Source of the DNA: Azolla caroliniana
Lineage: Eukaryota > Plantae > Polypodiophyta
Reading direction: 5' to 3'
DNA: 64,000 bases
NCBI GenBank assembly: GCA_043228905.1
Contig: JBHGNT010000010.1
Coordinates: 6,820,001 to 6,884,000 of the forward strand
The notes beneath the pieces were generated by a model. It was not told the origin of the DNA. It did not search any database and was given only the letters and a program-made list of their open reading frames with translations. Below are positions 39,243-50,953 of the stretch, one piece after another. Made by a program: the position numbers and the translations under genes. Numbering within the stretch: position 1 is the first letter of the stretch; every line of letters starts with the position of its first letter.

Positions 39243-40437
39243 TCAGATATGTCGGCTGATGCGGATACCAGCCAGTCTACATCCGGATATGTCATGACTT
39301 ATGCAGGGGGAGCAGTATCATGACAGTCGAGGCTGCAGAAGACGATTGCGTTGTCAACTACGGAGGCAGAGTACATGGCAGCTGTAGAAGCCGGCAAGGA
39401 GATAATCTGGATTAAGGACTTCATCAGAGAGCTAGGAATCCAACATGAGGAATACCAGCTCTACTGCGACAGTCAAAGTGCCATCCACCTTGCAAAGAAC
39501 GTGTCCTACCATTCCCGGACGAAACATATCTAGCAAAGGTACTGGAAGAGATTCAAAAACCGGATCAGATAGGCCCGGTGAGAACCAGAAGAGATCCGGA
39601 AACCGGATCGTATGGACCCGGTGAGAACCAGAAGAGAAGACATGCTTGTAAATGTGTTGAATAAGCCTATTGAGGCTATATTTGTAAATATCCCTAATTT
39701 CATATAAGTATAAATATGACTTAGGGCAATCACTTTTTGGTTTTTTTGTTGTCATATTGTTGTATCTGTATAACTATTGTACAGACAGAGAGTGAGGGAG
39801 AGCGAGAGAGTAGCTACGAGCACTTTCTGTTGTAACCACCGTCTGGCGAAGATACAGAGCACGAGGTCGTTGGAGTCCGTGGGCTCCCGTGGTTTTTCCC
39901 TATTAGGGTTTTCCATGTAAATATTCTATGTACTCACTACTTCCTAGTTCTGTATTTCATTCCCATTTCTGTGATTCAAGACTCGGTTGTGGTCGAGCAA
40001 TATTCCGCGTTATTCTTTACATCAATCACGCACATAATTAGATGTTAATTAACCCTTGTTTAATTACCTAATTATTAACACACTCCATTCAGAATTCATG
40101 AGAAACGGTCAACTAGAATGTGGTATTTTCCTTTCTGCACTACCACCTTGAAATCAAACTCGAGGAGGGTCACAATCCTCGTAGTTTTGCATAAAGGCCG
40201 TATTCTCGTACTCATTGTAGTACTTGAAGAACATGAGAATCATGCTCCTCTTGTGTTTTTGAATAAATGAATGGATCATGTAGATAAATTATTAGAAAGA
40301 TGTCCAAAAGATCTTGAAAAATGTCATTTGCCATGTGTTGAAAAACTATTGGTGCATTTGTGAGCCTAAATGGCATAACTATATACTCAAAATCGATCTT
40401 TGTAAAATACTTTGCACCATTAATCCATACTAGAAGA

Positions 40438-41154
40438 TAGCAATGGGCCCGGTTTCGGCTCAAACCGAACTGAACCGAAAACTGTGGCTTAACGGTTTAT
40501 AGGTTCAAATATAAATAAACGGTTTGATTTGGTTTTAAATGTTACTAATCGGTTTTGGTTCGATTCGGTTCAGTTTTGAATTGACCGGTTTAGCGGTTTA
40601 GCGGCTTAACGGTTTCTATTTATGTGGTTCGGTTTAAAGGTTTATAGGTTTATAGGTTAAAAAATACTCATAAATATTTTCTATAGGCTATAACTTTCAA
40701 CTTTTAATTTTAAACTCTTGTTTTAACTTATTAAATTTTATATGTATTATATATAGAGTCTCTTTTTCATTTATGATGATCAATTATGATAAGTATGAGG
40801 ATCAAATTTATGATTAGTATGATGACAAATTTTATGATAAATATGATGACAAATTGTATGATAAGTATGATGACAAAATTTATGATGATTTTCTCACACA
40901 AATTTATAATAAGTATAATGATTAATATCAATAAAAAATGGTTTGGTTTGGTTTTGATTTATGATAAACTAGTTTGGTTTGGTTTTAAATTTTTCGTAAA
41001 CGGTTTGGTTTCTCCTATGCTTTAAACGGTTCGGCTCTAAACGGTTCGGTTTAAATGGCTTCATAAATTTTAAAACAGTTTGGTTCGGTTTTTATTATTA
41101 ATAAATGGTATGGTTTGGTTTTAAGGCCAAGAAACCGAACCGGGCCCATTGCTA
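40438..41154. mobile_element. hAT-family MITE (717 bp)
   Basis: TIR TAGCAATGGGCCCGGTT / AACCGGGCCCATTGCTA; perfect 8-bp TSD CTAGAAGA; subterminal AAACCG/CGGTTT repeats; non-coding. Confidence 0.95.
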
Positions 41155-41879
41155 CTAGAAGACTAGAGATCAAGGGTAGTGCATACTTATTCCTGACAAT
41201 AACTTTATGCAAACCCCGATAATCCACGACTAGACGAAGTGAACCATCTTTTTTCTTTACAAAGAAAATGAGTGCACCAACTGGAGATTTCGAGTGTCGA
41301 ATGAATCCATTTGCCAAATTTTCCTCAATGTATGCTCAAAGAACCTCAAGCTCAATTGGTGACAAATTGTAGATTAGTCCCAATGGTGGCTACTTTTCTA
41401 GTTGTAAATCAATGGGATAATCGTATAAATTGAGGTCCACAATCACTAATGTTGTTGTGTGTAAGACTGTGGTAACAAAATACTTCACGAATAACTTCAT
41501 GTGTCCTCATTAGTGATTGTCACGGACACACCAACCCTAGACTACGACGAAGCACGAATGACGAGGCTAATGATGAGGAACTTAAGACGCTAGGAACAAT
41601 AAAGGAGCATAAAGTCAGAGATGTAAATCAAGGAGAGAAGATGGGGCCAAACAAGAATAGTAGATTGACGTGTCAGTGACTAGTGTTGAATCCCTTGAAA
41701 AGGACCAAGGAGGTTACAAGTATTTATACTGTGAGTCGAAGTACATGCATTAGAATATTTTGGAGACTATTGGGAGAATATTGTAGAACCTTCTAGTCTA
41801 GAAGTTTCTATAAATCCTAGAACTTGAAATAGATAATCTACTAATAACTACTAAGATATATATAACATGACCATATATT

Positions 41880-41948
41880 TGGATGTGTTGGTTAGAACAC
41901 AACACTTGACTATATATGTCAAGAGGTCAAGAGTTCAAATCTTGACAT
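41880..41948 (+). promoter_or_regulatory. tRNA-like module, antisense to its LTR (second copy ~43833-43900)
   Basis: D-like GTGTT-GGTTAG-AACAC; CTTGAC-7nt-GTCAAG; AGGTC; AAGAGTTCAAATCTT. Confidence 0.7.
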
Positions 41949-42050
41949 GACTGTTGTCATGTCTGTGACATTATCCTCCCCTTTACGGCCACCTTTTCAA
42001 AAGCATGATGTAGGGGTGAGCTAAAAGAGAAAACCAAAGTACGTTGACGA

Positions 42051-42762
42051 GTGAGTGACCATGAGCAATCCTCACCAGATACTAGAACACCAACGGGCTT
42101 GAGCGACCATGTACAGTCCTCACCGAAGACTGTAACACCAATGTGAGTGTGAGCAACCATGTTCGGTCCTCACCGGAGACTAGAACACCAACGTGAGTGT
42201 GAGCGACAATGTACGGTCCTCACTAGGAACTGGAACACAAACGGACTTGAACAACCATGTATGGTCCTCATCAGAGACTGGAACACTTACGTGAGTGACC
42301 ATGTGCGGTCCTCACCGGAGACTGGAACACCAACGGATGTGAACGACCATGTGCGGTCCTCACCGGGAATTGGAACACCAATGGACGTGAGCGACCATGT
42401 GCAGTCCTCACCGAGTACTACAACACTAATGGGTGTGAGCGACCATGTAAAGTCCTCAACAGATATACGAACACCAAGGGCGTGAGAGACCATGTAAGGT
42501 CGTCAACGGAGACAGGAACACCAATGGAAATGAGCGATCATGTGCAGTCCTCATCAGGAACTAGAACACCAACGGACGTGAGCGACCATGTGCGGTCCTC
42601 ACAGGGAACTAGAACACCAACGAGCGTGAGAGACCATGTACGGTCCTCACCGGAGACGCGAACACCAGAGGGCGTGAGCGACCATGTGCGGTCCTCACCG
42701 GAGACACGAACACCAATGGATGTGAGCAACCCTGCACGGTCCTCACCGGGAACTAGAACACT
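42051..42762. repeat. 48-bp tandem repeat, ~15 copies
   Basis: GTGAGCGACCATGTGCGGTCCTCACCGGAGACTGGAACACCAACGGAC-like units. Confidence 0.95.
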
Positions 42763-44236
42763 TGACGACAATGAAGGCTAGGAAAAGTAGTTGATGACGA
42801 CAACAAGAGGGTTGAAGATGATGATATCGAAGATGAAGCAATGAAGGCAATGATGTTGATGAAGCGATTTTGGAAGCAACGACTTTGACTATGGAAATTA
42901 TGGAAGTGGAGAAAGAGATGAAGAGGATAAGAAACATAGAGATTGAGATGTTGGGGTTCTGAAGAAACACAAAGACACATATACAAAGGATGATAGAAAA
43001 CACAAAGACAGGGATGGAGGTGTTAGGAAACACAGAGAAAGTGACAGAGATAATAAGAAACACATAGATAGAGATGAAAGTGGTAGGAAATACAAGGAGA
43101 AGGATGACAATGACAAAAATGCAATGATAGGGATGTGGAAGATGATAAGAAGTGCAGACATAGAGATGATGATGAGAAGAAACTAGGAGATAGAGATGAG
43201 AAGAAACTAGGAGAGAAAATGTAACAAAGACGATGATCAAAAGAAACTAAGAGATAGAGATGGCGAGGAAGATAGAAAACGAAGGGATGTTGATGATGGT
43301 AACTCTAGAACCAATGATGGTGACGATGGTAACTCTAGAAGCAAGGGCGATGACGAAGAGGGGTAATGCTTCTAGTTGGAAGGGATTCAAATTGTCATGG
43401 ACACACCAACCCTAGACTACGACGGAGCACAAATGACGAGGTTACGACCGATAAGGTTACAAACGTGGAACTCAACGTGATGAGGCTAGAAACTCGGGAA
43501 GTTGAGAGCAACGAGATGAGGAACTTAAGACGCTAGGAACAATAAAGGAGCATAAAGACAGATGTAAATCAAGGAGAGAAGATGGAGCTAAACAAGAATA
43601 GTAGATTGACGTGTCAATGACTGGTGTTGAATCCCTTGAAGGACCACGAAGGCTACAAGTATTTATACTGTGAGTCGAAGTATATGCATTAGAATATTTT
43701 GGAGAATATTTGGGAGAATATTGTAGAACCCTCTAGAACCTTCTAGTTCTAGAACTTTCTATAAACTCCTAGAACTTGAAATAGATAATCTACTAATAAT
43801 CTACTAAGATATACGTAACATGGCCATATATTTGGATGTGTTGGTTAGAACAAAACACTTGACTATATATGTCAAGTGGTCAAGAGTTCAAATCTTAACA
43901 TGACTGTTGTCAAGTCTGTGATAGTGATATCCTTAGTGCATGGCAAGAAATGTGCCATTTTTGCATATCAATCAACTATTGTTAAGATAACATTAAACCC
44001 TTTAGAATCTAGAAGATCTTTAATAAAATCTAAAGACATGGATTGCCATGGCCTACTTGGAATTGGTAACGAATAAAATAAACCATATGGATTATTTTAA
44101 GGCATCTTTGCTCTACAACATGTACCACATGTGCGAACATAATCTCCAACAAATTTATGTAGATGAGGCCGCCAGAATGATCGTGTTACCAAATCCAAGG
44201 TCTTATTGATACCAAAATGCCCACCCATATACGTGC

Positions 44237-44520
44237 TGAGAATAATATGAAGCCGACTACAACCGATCAACACGTGCAAATGAGAGACGCAAAGATCAAG
44301 ACAACAGTGAACAAGAAAAGTACAGAGACACAAGATCTTTTTACGTGGAAAACCCTGAAAGGGAAAAACCACGAGAGTCCACAAATACCAAACTAGATCA
44401 CTATAGGTAGGAGGAATATTACAATAAGAAATTCCAAGGCAACAACCTTGAGTTCTACTTCATCCACAGATGGCTATAGAGTTAGAACTCTCACTCTCTT
44501 TCCTACACTCTAATTTCTAC
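44237..44520 (-). mobile_element. Copia LTR fragment (R/U5)
   Basis: ACGTGGAAAACCC...GGGAAAAACCACG.GAGTCCACA motif shared with 6105-6150. Confidence 0.7.
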
Positions 44521-45072
44521 ATAATAATACCCATAACACCGGGTCATTTGAAACAGGTAATATGTCGCAATTTAAGAACTGTCTTTCCAAAAAAGACACA
44601 AAGTAGGTCATTTCACAAAAAGGACCATCGCATGCATAAAGGTTTTTGGAAATTGAATCAAAATATATTTATTTATACCATGTCAAAAAATTTAGGCCTT
44701 TCAAAAAAATGCCTAAATAATCGACACATGAAATTTACAAGAGAACGTACAAAAATTACAAAATGACTAACACCTATATTTATACATATTTGTGAGTCGC
44801 CATATTGATGTAACATACAATATTTACATTTCATATATGAGAACCATCACTTCTCAGAGATACGCCTTCCCCTTCAGACACACCTAATGAACTAGAAGAG
44901 CTTTGTGAGGTCTCATCCTCATCATCACCAACAACCAATGCATTGTCTTCATCCAATTGCAATCCAACGTCACCGTTGTCGTAGTGTATTTCATACACTA
45001 CGTGAAAAACTTATAAAGTACGGATTTAATAAATATGAATAAATAGTAGAAAATATTAAAATATATGTAACA

Positions 45073-45140
45073 TGCATAGGGCAAGATTCAAACCTTGCAC
45101 CTCCATGTTAATAATGTGAAACCTTACCATTACACTAGCA
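45073..45140 (-). promoter_or_regulatory. tRNA-like Pol III module, antisense to its LTR
   Basis: TAGTGTAATGGTAAGG...GGAGGTGCAAGGTTTGAATC. Confidence 0.65.
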
Positions 45141-45398
45141 TTTCATTAGTGTTAAAAAGTAGATGTCCCACATATAAAGCTAAGTTCACCTAGGATAAAC
45201 TTTAGTTAAAAGAAAACGCATGCTAAAACAAAAAAAAAACTACGCATGCACCTCTAGCGTGTATGAACGCTATAGTTGATAAAAAAACGCACAAGTTAGA
45301 AAAAGCATGATCACTTTAGATAACGCATATAGTCTATCTATAGAAAAAGCATGGAGTATATAGTTAGAGAAAATGCATGGGTTGGAAAAGACTCTCTC

Positions 45399-48300
45399 TG
45401 TCAAGATTCGAACTCTTGACACAACCATGTTATAATCTAGTATTATGAGTTAACCAAGATATCTAGTACATAGTTATGTATGTAATTGGTCCTTATTATT
45501 TTGCTAGCATCATGTGCATAGTTGCTCCCTTGTAGTATTTACACTTGGCACATGCATGCATACCTACATGCTCTATTGTAGATTCACATGCGTGCAACAA
45601 GTATGCATGCCATGTAGTATAAATAGAGGAGTTCACCTTGAAGGAAATTCAAGGTGAACAACACCAGTTATGGAGTCTTTCCTTTAATACTATCTTCTTT
45701 CTTGTCCATTTGGTTATCTTCTTGCTTGTCTCTTGACATGACAGTTTGTTCACCTTCCCATCCTCATAGCTCTCCCTCTCATAAGCCATAGCTATGTCCG
45801 ACTCAACTAGTGAGTTAGGCCAAATAATGGTAGCCTTACGACAACTACAGCTTGAAAATGAAGCTCTTCGAAATTCTTTACAAGAACTTCAAGTCGGTAC
45901 CTCCCTATCCTCACAACCCCCGAACCCTAGTCTCCCACAACAACGTAGCCTAGAGCCCAATCTTCTATCAACATCTAGCCTAGCTTCGTCATAGTTTCTT
46001 GAGCCTAAGGTTAGCCTCCCAGAAAAATTTGATGGAACGAGGTCGCGTTTCCGAGGGTTCATCAACCAAGTTCGACTTATCATTCGGCTACAACCTCAAC
46101 ATTATGGAGATGGTCTTCGACAAGTCGTCCTTGTGGGCACCCTTCTCTCCGGTCCGGCCCAAGCTTGGTTTGCACCATTGGTAGAAACCTCGTCACCTCT
46201 ATTGGAGAACTTTCCCGCCTTCCTCGCTGAGTTAGACACCACATTTGGAGAGACGGACCGACGACGTATAGCTCTTAACAAGATTTATGCACTCGAACAA
46301 GGTTCGCATGCAGCTTCGGTCTATGCTTCAGAATTTCAACAACTAGCATGCGACATCAATTGGGATGATCAAGCTTTAGCTAATCACTTTCGGCGTGGCC
46401 TTCGAAGCAATGTCAAGAATCTTCTCTTAAACTTTCCGGAGCCCACCTCGTTATCCCAAGCGATTTCACAAGCAGTCCATTGTGACAATCGTCTTTTCGA
46501 ATTTCGCCAAGAAGAGCGTCGGACTTGGGTTCCACCTCATTCACTTCCACGCCACGCCCCGGTCATACAACCCCAAGCATCCTCACACTCGCCTACTTTG
46601 GCAGATGCTCCTGTCCCCATGGAAATTTATCAAGCCCGATTTCAGCCATTGACTGATGTTGAACGACAATTTCGGCGGGCTAATGGCTTGTGCATGTATT
46701 GTGGCGTCTCCGGTCATGTCGTTCCCCATTGTCCTAGGAGTACTCACCCACAATTCCATCGAGCTAACGAACCCCAACATCCAGAAAACGACATCGTTCG
46801 GTTGCAGTAGGAGCCATGCAACTGGACATATCCCGTCGCCCACATTCTCTTGGTTCCATTGCCAGACCATCAAGCAATTTCACATTGGAGGTATGGCTTT
46901 CGTTTAACTCTAGTTCCATTCAATCTGTTGCTTTACTTGATTCTGGGGCATCTTCTTGCTTCATCGACATCGCGTTTGCCCAAGCACATGGCGTACCGGT
47001 CATTGGCCTCTCAAAACCCATTCCAGTTGAAGCCATCGACGGGTGCGTCCTCTCGTCAGGTGCAATTACTCAAGCTACAATCCCATTAGGGATTCGGGTG
47101 GGCTCACACCAGGAGGAGCTCGCCTTTTACCTCATCGCATCTCCTCGACATCTGATCATCTTAGGACTAACGTGGTTGGAGGCGCACAATCCAATAGTGG
47201 ATTGGTGCAACCGCTCGATCACATTTAGCAAGACAAGATGCTCGTGCAAAAGTATGAAGGTAAATTCAGTTTCCTATCCTTCGGAGACGGTCGACTCCGA
47301 ATTGACTACCCCATCATCGGTCCAGGATGGGTTTGTTTGTGGCACCATTTCTAACACACTCCATGTTCTCCGACATATTTGAAAAATGTAATGTTGATTG
47401 TTTGCCTGAACACCGGCTCTACGACTGTCCGATTGATCTTCAAGAAGGTGCGTGTCCACCCTTTGGTCCTCTATATGCGTTGTCTGCACCAGAGTTGAAG
47501 GCCCTTCGTGTGTATCTCGATGAGAACCTCAAGAAAGGATTTATTCAACCTTCTAAGTCACCAGTCGGGGGCCCCATTTTATTTGTGAAGAAGAAGGACG
47601 ACTCTCTACGCTTATGCATCGACTACCGAGGTCTCAACAAACTCACTGTGCGCAACCGCTATCCGCTACCTCTGATCCCCGAACTCCTTGATCGGCTCCG
47701 AGTTGCACGTGTCTTCTCCAAAGTTGATCTGCGTGGAGCGTACAATCTAGTACGCATCAAGCCGGGGGATGAATGGAAAACCACATTTCGAACACGGTAT
47801 GGGCATTTCGAATACAATGTAATCCCTTTTGGTCTTACTAATGCTCCCGCAGTTTTTCAACACATGATGAACGATATATTCCGGGAATATCTTGATCTTT
47901 TTGTTGTCATTTACCTTGATGGTATTCTCATTTTCTCGCCAAACATGGAGGAGCAAACTCGCCAAGTCCGATTAGTTTTTGCCAAACTTCGCGAGCATGG
48001 CCTTTATGCCAAAGGCGAGAAATGTGAGTTCGACCGTACCTCGATCGAATTTCTGGGCTACATCATCTCGCCCACTGGCATCACCATGGATATGAAGAAG
48101 GTCTCTGTCATTCAGGCATGGGCGACTCCAAGGTGACTTAAAGATGTGCAATCCTTCCTCGGCTTCGCGAATTTTTACCGTCACTTCATCAAGGGGTTTT
48201 CCACCCTAGCACAACCTCTTATCGCTCTCACCCATAAAGGCACTCCATTTTTATGGACCTCGAAGGCGCAAAATGCGTTCGACTCACTCAAACACGCATT

Positions 48301-49245
48301 CATCACTGCCCCGGTGCTACTACATGCCGACCCCACAAAACCCTTCCAAGTCGAAACTGATGCCTCTGACTTTGCCATTGGCGCCATCTTATCCCAAGCA
48401 GACGACAACAACCTAATGCACCCAGTGGCTAACTATTCCCGAAAATTTACAGCATCCGAAATCAATTATCCCATTTACGACAAGGAGCTTGCTGCTATCA
48501 TGCTGCCTTTGAAGAATGGCGACCCTACTTGGCCGGCGCACAACATCGTGTCCAGGTAGTGACTGATCATAAAAATTTAGTTTATTTTTCCACCACTCGT
48601 ACTTTGAATCGAAGGCAAGCCCGTTGGTCGACATTTCTCGCCGACTACGATTTTGAGATCATATTTCGACCTGGTGGCCAACATGGGAAGGCTGATGCCC
48701 TTTCTCGCTGAGCTGACCTTGCACTCTACCTTGGGGATGCTGGTTATGCTCAACAATCTAGACGTTTGTTGAAACCCGACCAATTGCATCTTTTTGCCAC
48801 TTGTATGTTGCAGGATGATTCTTTTCCCCAACAAATCACTGATGCATCCAAGACCAATGCGTTCGCCAACGAGATTCGAGATAGTCTGCAAAACCCCTCC
48901 AAGGCGACCAAAAGGAAGGATATTGACACCTTCACCATACAAGAGGCCAAGATATCTAGTACATAGTTATGTATGTAATTGGTTCTTATTATTTTGCTAG
49001 CATCATGTGCATAGTTGCTCCCTTGTAGTATTTACACTTGGCACATGCATGCATACCTACATGCTCTATTGTAGATTCACATGCGTGCAACAAGTATGCA
49101 TGCCATGTAGTATAAATAGAGGAGTTCACCTTGAAGGAATTCAAGGTGAACAACACCAGTTATGGAGTCTTTCCTTTAATATTATCTTCTTTCTTGTCCA
49201 TTTGGTTATCTTCTTGCTTGTCTCTTGAGCTTATGATCCATGACA
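45399..49245 (+). mobile_element. Tcn1/Tf1-like chromovirus; 5' LTR 45399-45743, truncated 3' LTR 48947-49245; integrase and PPT deleted
   Basis: Perfect TSD CTCTC; gag (LPEKFDG..., CMYCGVSGHVVPHC); ALLDSGAS; [18 protein letters not shown] / YLDGIL; RH VETDASDFAIG. Confidence 0.95.
45794..48945 (+). pseudogene. gag-pol: gag and pol (PR, RT, RH), pol in the -1 frame
   Basis: ORFs 45794-46810 (one stop), 46816-47382, 47327-48136, 48146-48711. Confidence 0.92.
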
Positions 49246-49589
49246 CTCTCATCTCTATATAAGGATGAGGAGCACAATGTAATGGGGGTGAAAAATATTT
49301 GGAAACTGGATATGTTTCTAAAAAACACCAATTAATAAACTATACTCGTGGGATTCACGAGGATTCTATATCATTCTCTTTCAACCCAAATTTATATTCT
49401 TATATTCATATTGATTAATCTAATACAATACACTCGTGGGATTCACGAGTTTGCTATAACTCTTTCTTACAACATATTTATATTCTTATTAGCCTTAAAA
49501 CTCTCCTCTTCCTAGTCCAAAACCCCAGCGGTTCCCACCCGACTCACGCAAACGATCTGGCGCCGAAAGGCACGACACAAGTGGTGAAC

Positions 49590-50435
49590 CCCACGAGTGC
49601 CTTTCGACACTCGCCCCCTCCGAACCCGCACATCCTCCAGTATGTGCCAAAGTTGTCGGTGATTGTTAGTTTCGTCCGTCTATTCTCCGCATGGTTGGTT
49701 TCGACGCCGGTCATTTTTGGTTGTCGACCCCATTCGATCTCTGGTTTTTGGTTGCCGACTCCGCCCGGTTTCCAGTTCTATTCGGTTGCAGGCTCTATCC
49801 GGTCTCCAATTACCGGCCCTCGTAATTCTTCTTTACTTGTAGTACCCGCCGTTTCTCTTGCTATGTCGGCTTTGTCTCTCCATTTTGAACACATCCATTC
49901 TTTCCTCCCGAACCATTGTTGCCATCCGATCCACCATAGTCTTCGTTCGCTTTTTGCATTGTTATGGCCCGCTTGGTCCTTGTCATCCATGGTAGTGTCT
50001 TTGCTTGGCCTCTTCCTTGTCTTTATCAATATTGATTTCTTTTCGGATCTCCAGTTGAGTCGGATTAGCTTCTTTCCGATTCGGTATTGTCCAATCGTCT
50101 TTCGGTTGGATTGGCTTCCATTCTGATTCATATTCGGCTGATTCGGACTTGGTTGATCGGTTTTTACAAATTCAGCCCCCTTCAGGATCTATGTCGACAA
50201 TCGATTTTCGTCCAGATTTTGTTTCTTTTCTTTGTTTTCACCGGTCTCGACCGGTTTGACTTCCAAAACTTCTTTCCGGATCGGTCTCGTTCGATCGACT
50301 TCCAGTTGGAATAATTTCCGTCTGTGTCGAACTCTCGGATTTTGTCTGGATCCACTTCCGCTTGCTTTAGCTTTCTTTTAGACCGGAATTTCGGACGGAT
50401 CATCTTCCATCCGAACCGACTTCCGACTTTACCTT
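49590..50435 (-). mobile_element. 3' internal region and PPT of a non-autonomous Phygy-like element (relative of 59085-61429)
   Basis: Minus strand TGGCACATACTGGAGGATGTGCGGGTTCGGAGGGGGCGAG|TGTCG; RRLWWIGWQQWF motif. Confidence 0.8.
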
Positions 50436-50953
50436 TGTTACCAGCCGGCAAAGAAGGCTTAAGGAGGTCCAAACCAGAGTGTGAAAGGAATAGTTATTCG
50501 GGAACTGTTGTAATTAGTAGTCTTCATATATACATATTATTATATAAGAAGATGTGGACGGACGGACCGGAATCGGTATGACGATCCGGATCCGGAACGA
50601 TTCCGTAAAGGTGCCGGTTGGCACCGTTTTGTATTTCGCACCGGAGACCTATATAAAGGCCCGGTTACAATGTAATCAAGAGCGGATAATTAATAAAGCT
50701 TATTGTCTTAATCTTCAAGTGTTGATTACCGTTCTGTATTTATTGTTATATCTTACGTGTGTTAATTACGGATGGCTAAGTAATCGATTAAGGTCTAATT
50801 AAGCGTTGTGCCGTAAGTCATTCTGTCGTACCACCCTTTGGTGATGTGTCTTAAGTGGACACCCTATGTTAGGCTGTTGTCCGGCCCTAGCAATAACACA
50901 GTTTTTGGCGACCACGATTCCTGCATTATCGCAGTGAACAGCAGCAAGAATGG

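Larger units (their letters stand above)
34352..40021 (+). mobile_element. Ty1/copia (Tnt1/Tork-like) element, 5' LTR 34352-34841, 5'-truncated 3' LTR ~39570-40021
   Basis: Perfect TSD TCAAT; PBS TGGTATCAAAG; CFYYGKPGHFQKNC, WVVDSEASFH, IRADNGGEY, YKARIVVKGF, LYVDDML, GFTDSD. Confidence 0.95.
21527..40080 (+). mobile_element. Decayed copia element (gag, PR, partial IN; RT/RH deleted) whose 3' LTR (30901-40080) hosts two later insertions
   Basis: LATCVHDHML...CNYCGKIGHHEEEC...FVDSGTSHHM...HSNVWG...CLRSDGG. PPT TTGAAGGGGTG, then TGTTG at 30901. LTR end AATTATTAACA (40080) matches the tip at 21517-21527. ~75-bp tandem duplication in gag at ~21620-21790. Confidence 0.8.
41518..43923 (-). mobile_element. 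Non-coding, non-autonomous LTR element (TRIM/LARD-like), LTRs 41518-41970 and 43393-43923, self-priming PBS
   Basis: LTR pair; perfect TSD GTGAT; PPT AAAGGGGAGGATAA on the minus strand; PBS TTGAATCCCTT complementary to its own R. Confidence 0.93.
40180..44236 (-). pseudogene. pol: Tcn1-like chromovirus pol fragments (integrase 44236-41430, RT 41430-40180), interrupted by two insertions
   Basis: GGHFGINKTLDLV...CGTC...PWQSMSLDFI; [33 protein letters not shown]; [19 protein letters not shown]. Confidence 0.85.
44977..49577 (+). mobile_element. Phygy-like LTR (44977-45398 + 49251-49577) split by a chromovirus, followed by a partial tRNA-Trp PBS
   Basis: TGTCG...CACGACA; U5 motif CCAAAACCCCAGCGGTTCCC; TATA ~49255; TGGTGAACCCC at 49582; left flank CCGT. 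Confidence 0.85.

Noticed and set aside
42051-42762. CRISPR-like array
   Set aside because: Whole 48-bp units are homologous; there are no unique spacers or cas genes, and the context is a eukaryotic LTR element. The same applies to the 83-bp and 54-bp arrays.
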